From Macrostomum lignano (taxonomy: Eukaryota), in NCBI GenBank assembly GCA_002269645.1, contig NIVC01000186.1, forward strand, positions 496,001 through 560,000: 64,000 nucleotides of DNA. The letters run 5' to 3'. Numbering within the stretch: position 1 is the first letter of the stretch; each line of letters starts with the position of its first letter. The translations under genes and the position numbers were made by a program. Under the pieces are notes generated by a model that was given only the letters and a program-made list of their open reading frames with translations, was not told the origin of the DNA and searched no databases. Shown piece by piece: positions 58,901 through 64,000 of this stretch.

Positions 58901-59984
58901 GCTTGGGTATCAGCACCGCCTCTCTGTCACTGAGACTTGGCGCTATCAGAAATCGCTGAAGCAGAATGAGAAGCAGAAAGCGCTAGCAAGCAAGTTTATA
59001 CGTTGGTCTAGTACGGTAGATCCCCCCCCGCCCGCAGACAAGCTGAGAAAGAGAAAGAGAAAAGAGAGATGGCTGAGTTTTCAAGTGGAACTGTGGACTG
59101 GATGAGGGATCGCCAGCGGGACGGGCCTTCGCTGAAATTTCTAATTAATCGGGCGCGCTGTCGCACAAGGGGAGTAGAATGGCTTGGGGACAGCGGAACC
59201 AACAGGGTGAGGAGTGGGGCAAATTCGCTGAGGAAGCAGCAGCAGGATAGGGCGGGGCGGACGAGCTGAAAGTGAAAAATCGGCTTCAGAGAGCAGACTG
59301 AGGATGACGGGAAGCTACCAAGGGTTGGCAGTTTTAATCGACTAAAGTTCCGCCCGATTGAAGGCGCCCCAGACTCGCTTTCTCCTCTCCCACTCTCACT
59401 CTCGTCTAGCTCCTGCCCTCACTCTAGGCGCACTCGTCTGTCACAAGCGCGTGAACGGGTTGCCACTACCGCCTTCAAATCACTCTTCGCTGTTGGACAG
59501 GATAGAGAGAGAGGGATAGATAGAGATATGGAGAGGGGAGAGGGAGAGAGTGAGAGAAAGACAGAGGGTGATGAAGCGAGAGGGTAGAGAGAGGGAGATA
59601 GAGAGGGAGAGAGGGGGGAGAGGGAGAGACGGAGCTGGAGACAGGAGAGAGCGAGGGAGATAAAGAGAGAGAGGGAGGGAGGTAGAGAGGAGAGAGGGAG
59701 AGAGAGGGAGAGAGAGAGCGAGGGATATAGAGAGGAGAGAGAGATAGAGAGAGAGATGGAGAGAGAGATGGAGAGGAGGGAGAGAGAGAGAGTGAGAGAG
59801 AGAGGGAGAGAGATAGAGAGAGAGGTAGAGAGAGAGAGAGGGAGAGAGAGGGAGAGAGATAGAGAGGAGAGAGAGGAAGAGGGAGAGAGGGAGGAGAGAG
59901 ATGGAGAGAGACGGGGGGAGAGAGCGAGGGAGATAGAAAGGAGAGAGGGAGAGAGTGAGAGAGTGAGAGAGATAGAGAGGAGAG

Positions 59985-60064
<80 letters not shown>

Positions 60065-61593
60065 AGAGGAGCGATGGAGAGAGAGAAGAGGAGAGAGAGG
60101 AGAGAGTGGCGAGATGGAGAGACGGGGGCAGCTTCAGCTTCCACACTGGAACAGCTGTGCAGCCGCAGAGAACAGATAAGCAGCCGTGGCAGTAGCAGTG
60201 TGGCTATGTCAGTATTCCGACTCTCATCCACTACTTCCTACTTTCGCTCTCTCTCTCTCTCTCTCTCTCTACTCTGCATGTCGTTATCTTTGGGCAATTG
60301 GGCGAGACCTTGTGTCAACTTTCACTTCCCTCTCTCGCTCTCCCGAACGGCGAGCACAGAAATTCGGTTGGAATGAGGGCTGGGGCAGGGTGAGAGCTCG
60401 GGAGATAAGCCAGGCTCAAGGTAGGGTATTAAGTCAGCTAGCGGGACAGTTAAGTCCGCCCCAGCAGGACAGCCTCGAGGTCTTCGGGGTTGAGGGTGGA
60501 GGCTGCCTCAATGCGAGGCGAAAGATGCTATATAAGCTGCAGCTGTGCTGGCGGGATAATATAGTGGAATCGATGCAATCGAATGTGGTACACGGCTACA
60601 TAAGATTGGGGCGCAGGGTTCTCCCTACAGGTTGCTGGGCCAGAGAGTGGAGTGAGGATGGGGGACGCAAGTCGGACTGGGGCGGCTGGCACCAGCCAGT
60701 CACCCAAGGGGGACGGGCCGCCGGAGAGTCAGCAAGCCAAAAGTGCACGCGGGGCTGTTTTATTATTAAGTGTCGATAAAAAGATGGGCGGCAAAATATT
60801 TTATAGATGAGAGCTTTCTCTCACTCTCACTCTCTTCTCCCTGCTGAGCAAGAAATGTAATTACATATTTTTCAGTCTGGGCTAGAACCAGTGCGACTCA
60901 AATTTCTAGTGCAAGGCTGAACTATCTTCAAGTTGCATTTCAGCTACACGTACAAGGCTTATCTCCTAAATAAGCATTTTCTATGGTATGATTAAAACTG
61001 ATGGAAAACTGATAGGAAGAGAATGGTAAATGACAAACAGATTGGAATTGGAAAGAGATGTTGGAGATGCGATGAGGAGAGACGAGATCTGGGAGATGAG
61101 ATGTGAGAGATGAGATGTGGGAGATGAGATGTGGGAGATGAGATGTGGAAGAAGAGATGTGAGAGAAGAGATGTGGGAGATGATATGTGAGAGATGAGAT
61201 GTGGGAGATGAGATGTGAGAGACGAGATCTGGGAGATGAGATGTGAGAGATGAGATGTGGGAGATGAGATGTGGGAGATGAGATGTGGGAGAAGAGATGT
61301 GGAAGAAGAGATGTGAGAGAAGAGATGTGGGAGATGAGATGTGGGAGATGAGATGTGAGAGATGAGATGTGAGAGATTAGAAGTGAGTGATGAGAAGTGA
61401 GAGATGAGATGTGGTAGATAAGATGTGGGAGATGAAATTTGGAAGATGAGATCTCATAGGAGATGAGATGTGGGAGATAATATGTGGTAGAAGAGATTGG
61501 GAGATGAGATGTGGGAGAAGAGATGTGAGAGATGAGATGTAGGAGATAATATGTGGTAGAAGAGATTGGGAAATGAGATGTGGGAGAAGAGAT

Positions 61594-61624
<31 letters not shown>

Positions 61625-64000
61625 GGAGATGAGATGTGGGGGATGAGATGTGGGAGATGAGATTTGGAAGATGAGATCTAAGAGATGAGATGTGGAATAT
61701 AAGTAAAGGAGACATGAGAAGTGGGAGAAGGGGGTTAGAAATGAGAGAGAGAGGAGAAGGGTCGGACAAGTGGGAGGAGAATTGGGAGAACGGGGAGAAA
61801 TGGGAGACGGCAAAGATTGGGTCGGGAGAAATGCCCGGGGAAGACCGTCGCGGACACTGAGAGACGGGTGGCTGGAGAGGAGAGGAGAGGAAGAAAGTGG
61901 AGCAGGCAAAGAAAACGGACACGCCAAGAGGTCAATATTGTGATAGGGGGGATATCAGTTGACCAAGCCCTACATGCACTAAGCCGTGAGCGAGCTAAAC
62001 TTAGGCATGCGAAGCTGGAATTTAATTGCACTGGTCTGGTCCCCCGATCTCTCGCTAGTATCCGGATTGCTCACTTCTAATAGCGCAACGCTAATAATTC
62101 ATTTATTAATGTTGTGTGCGTGCGAACGTGTTCCTTTTTTAACTGGTTCCAAGCAATTCCATTGGGATACTAAAGCTCTGGCTATGGGATTATTTTAATA
62201 CTCTACTTGTTCAATGCTTAATGCGGCCTGTCCCTGCTCAGTATACTGCTGAGTCTGATAGCTGAATCTGATAGCTGAGTCTGATAGCTGAATCCGATAG
62301 CTGAATCTGATAGCTGAGTCTGATAGCTGAATCCGATAGCTGAATCTGATAGCTGAGTCTGATAGCTGAATCCGATAGCTGAATCTGATAGCTGAGTCTG
62401 ATAGCTGAGTCTGATAGCTGAGTCTGATAGCTGAGTCTGATAGCTGAGTCTGATAGCTGAGTCTGATAGCTGAGTCTGATAGCTGAATCCGATAGCTGAA
62501 TCTGATAGCTGAGTCTGATAGCTGAGTCTGATAGCTGAGTCTGATAGCTGAATCCGATAGCTGAATCTGATAGCTGAATCTGATAGCTGAGTCTGATAGC
62601 TGAGTCTGATAGCTGAGTCTGATAGCTGAGTCTGATAGCTGAGTCTGATAGCTGAGTCTGATAGCTGAGTCTGATAGTTGAATCTGATAGCTGAGTAGGG
62701 ATTGGCTGCTGAGTCTGTATAGCTGAATCTGATAGCTGAGTAGGGAGTGGCTGCTTAGTCTGTATAGCTGAGTAGGTAATGGTTGCTGAGTCTGTATAGC
62801 TGAGTAGGGAATGGTTGCTGAGTCTGTATAGCTGATTTGCTGAGCAGGTTTCATGGTGAATCTGATTGTGGTCCCTGTCAGTTTAATCACCAATAAATTC
62901 GTTACCATGCATACCGACAGCAACTTACATCGTGTCCATACGGCTGCCAGTAGAGCTGTTGCTGCTGCTGTTGTTGCTGCTGCTGTTGTTGCTGCTTCTG
63001 TTGTTGTTGCTTCTGTTGTTGCTGCTTCTGCGAAGGCGGCTCGCCTTGTCGCGACACCAGGAGCCGGACTGTGGCACCCACCGGGATGGATCGCAGCAGC
63101 GACACAACGTCAGTTTGAGTTCGGCCGCACAGACGAAATCCGTCCACTTCAAGTAGGCGATCGCCTGTCCGAAGCCGGCCATCTCGGACAGCGGAGCCGC
63201 GGCCAAGAATGGTCTTGACGAATATCGGACTCTCGACATTGGCCGCGTCGGTTAAGTCGGTCGGTTCGGCTGCCGACGCTGCGGCCGCCGACATGAGGGC
63301 GTAATCCCTGGCAGCGACAGAGAATCCCAGGCCGTCGGGAGATTTCAATAGGTCAACGGAAAACACCTGGCCAAGGGTGCGCACGTTCAGAGAGTTCGGA
63401 CCTGCCACGGTGGTCGTCGGAGGCGGCGCCTGTGGCGGCGGCGGCGGAGGAGGAAGCGGAGGCGACGGTACAGCAGCGGCCGCCGCTCCGTTCAAGCAGT
63501 CTAAGCTGTACTCATTATTCTCTGAGCTCGACAGTCGCCGTCGGGGCAGCGGAGGCGGAGGCGACGGCGGCGGCGGCAGCGGCGGAGACTGGCGTCGATC
63601 CTGCAGGATCGCCCGAGCGACGCCGTCCAGCGTGTTCACGGGCGGCGGCGGCGGCGGCGGCGATGCGAGCGGCGACGGAGGCGGAGACGGGAGGCGCCTG
63701 TGGCGATGAAGGAGTCTGGAAGAGTTGGGAAATAAGTTGGGATAAGGTTTACCAGCTACTACAGGTAAGTGAGCAGTGCCGGAGACCCAGTGCAATATAA
63801 GCTGCCACTCACTCAGCGGCATTCTCCATTCTGTGGCGCGGCAAGCCGCTGCCGCCACTCGCGCCGCCGCCTCCATTGACAAGAGGCTTGGCCGGCAGCG
63901 GCTGCCTCTGCCTCTCATCACTGTCTGCAGGCATCGCCATCATGAAGGCCGGAGGCGGCGGCGGCAGGTCTTCGGTGCAGCAGCAGTCGGAGTCGTACGC
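41828..64000 (-). CDS. par-3: Partitioning-defective 3 (Par-3/Bazooka), 5' end beyond the window
   Basis: Minus-strand exons >64000-63813, 63715-62929, 52876-52679, 51710-51252, 49900-49716, 48695-48538, 45248-44807, 42110-41828 (2700 nt in frame). PDZ2 ([37 protein letters not shown]), PDZ3 ([21 protein letters not shown]|[15 protein letters not shown]), aPKC-binding region [15 protein letters not shown], and basic-hydrophobic [11 protein letters not shown]. Confidence 0.92.
42265..43660. repeat. Composite minisatellite GAGACTGCTAGAGAGTGACAGA(TTCCGWGTGACAGA)C
   Basis: Mixed 26-46 bp units in a par-3 intron. Confidence 0.92.
44177..44768. repeat. 28-bp minisatellite GAGTGACCGATGGAGTGAT(C/G)AGACAGGT
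   Basis: About 20 units. Confidence 0.93.
45305..45810. repeat. About 75-100 bp higher-order repeat with AACAGGTG-N7-CACCTGTT hairpins
   Basis: About 5 degenerate units. Confidence 0.8.
46430..48470. repeat. 27-bp minisatellite ATACGAGACTAGACTAGATGGTATAAG
   Basis: About 70 units including variants. Confidence 0.95.
48830..49460. repeat. Adjacent purine-rich 22-bp (GAGAGAGACGCAGAGAGGTAGG) and 15-bp (AGGGAGGGAGATGGC) arrays
   Basis: Switch between units at about 49120. Confidence 0.93.
49929..51248. repeat. Perfect 12-bp array (CAAGCACTGTGA, 49929-50520) and 17/19-bp array (GACACAGCAAGCACAGT, 50660-51248)
   Basis: Together they fill the par-3 intron 51251-49901. Confidence 0.97.
51765..52650. 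repeat. 20-bp minisatellite TCTACTCAGGGATGTCAGAG
   Basis: About 44 units. Confidence 0.95.
52890..55135. repeat. 32-bp minisatellite GGCTGTGACTAGACTGATTACAGACTGGGTCA
   Basis: About 70 units. Confidence 0.97.
55690..55992. repeat. (GACA)n and (CT)n microsatellites
   Basis: 55690-55830 and about 55955-55992. Confidence 0.9.
57918..58935. repeat. 34/30-bp minisatellite CACTGAAGCTTGGGTATCAGCACCGC(CTCT)CTGT
   Basis: About 30 units in two length states; HindIII site AAGCTT in most units. Confidence 0.96.
59500..61745. repeat. GA-rich microsatellite tracts (59500-60120; GAGATGAGATGTG(G/A) tract 61070-61745)
   Basis: Low-complexity polypurine on the + strand, separated by unique sequence. Confidence 0.9.
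62245..62835. repeat. 13-bp minisatellite GCTGA(G/A)TCTGATA
   Basis: About 35 units plus longer derived units. Confidence 0.93.

Noticed and set aside
59419-60376. SLSLSL / RERERE ORFs
   Set aside because: GA microsatellite translations.
61817-62080. 87-aa + strand ORF in the par-3 intron (also 60186-60779, 55377-55937)
   Set aside because: No strong start, no recognisable domain, partly low-complexity.
484-62835. CRISPR arrays or prokaryotic defence systems
   Set aside because: The arrays are head-to-tail units without unique spacers, there are no cas-like ORFs, and the genes are spliced eukaryotic ones.
23871-62835. A rule that intronic arrays are always pyrimidine-rich on the sense strand
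   Set aside because: It holds for the P450 and much of par-3, but fails in four CERK-like introns (23871, 26197, 30095, 34140).

Overview
Eukaryotic (metazoan) genomic DNA with GC-rich exons, GT-AG introns and about 30 minisatellite/microsatellite arrays. The style resembles a free-living flatworm such as Macrostomum; this is an inference and was not checked. By hand I could splice these genes in frame: two tandem paralogues encoding signal peptide + CUB + divergent C-type-lectin-like domain proteins (7.0-13.3 kb, +); a 4-exon CYP2-clan cytochrome P450 (17.0-20.3 kb, +); a 10-exon ceramide-kinase-like gene with degenerate catalytic motifs (23.6-35.2 kb, -), which carries an intronless nested gene on the opposite strand; a 2-exon uncharacterised gene (36.4-37.3 kb, +); and the 3' two-thirds of a par-3/bazooka gene (41.8 to >64 kb, -). 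There is also an orphan terminal exon of a type I membrane protein, an orphan copy of P450 exon 2, a defective Tc1/IS630-like transposon, several MITEs and a LINE fragment. The most unusual pattern is that the P450 gene is surrounded by tandem arrays whose units each carry a canonical transcription-factor motif: about 60 TTCTAAGAA upstream, 13 CCAATCAG at exact 32-bp spacing before the ATG, more TTCTARGAA in intron 1, and about 39 units mostly carrying TGACTCA straight after the stop. All exon models are manual and need RNA-seq confirmation.
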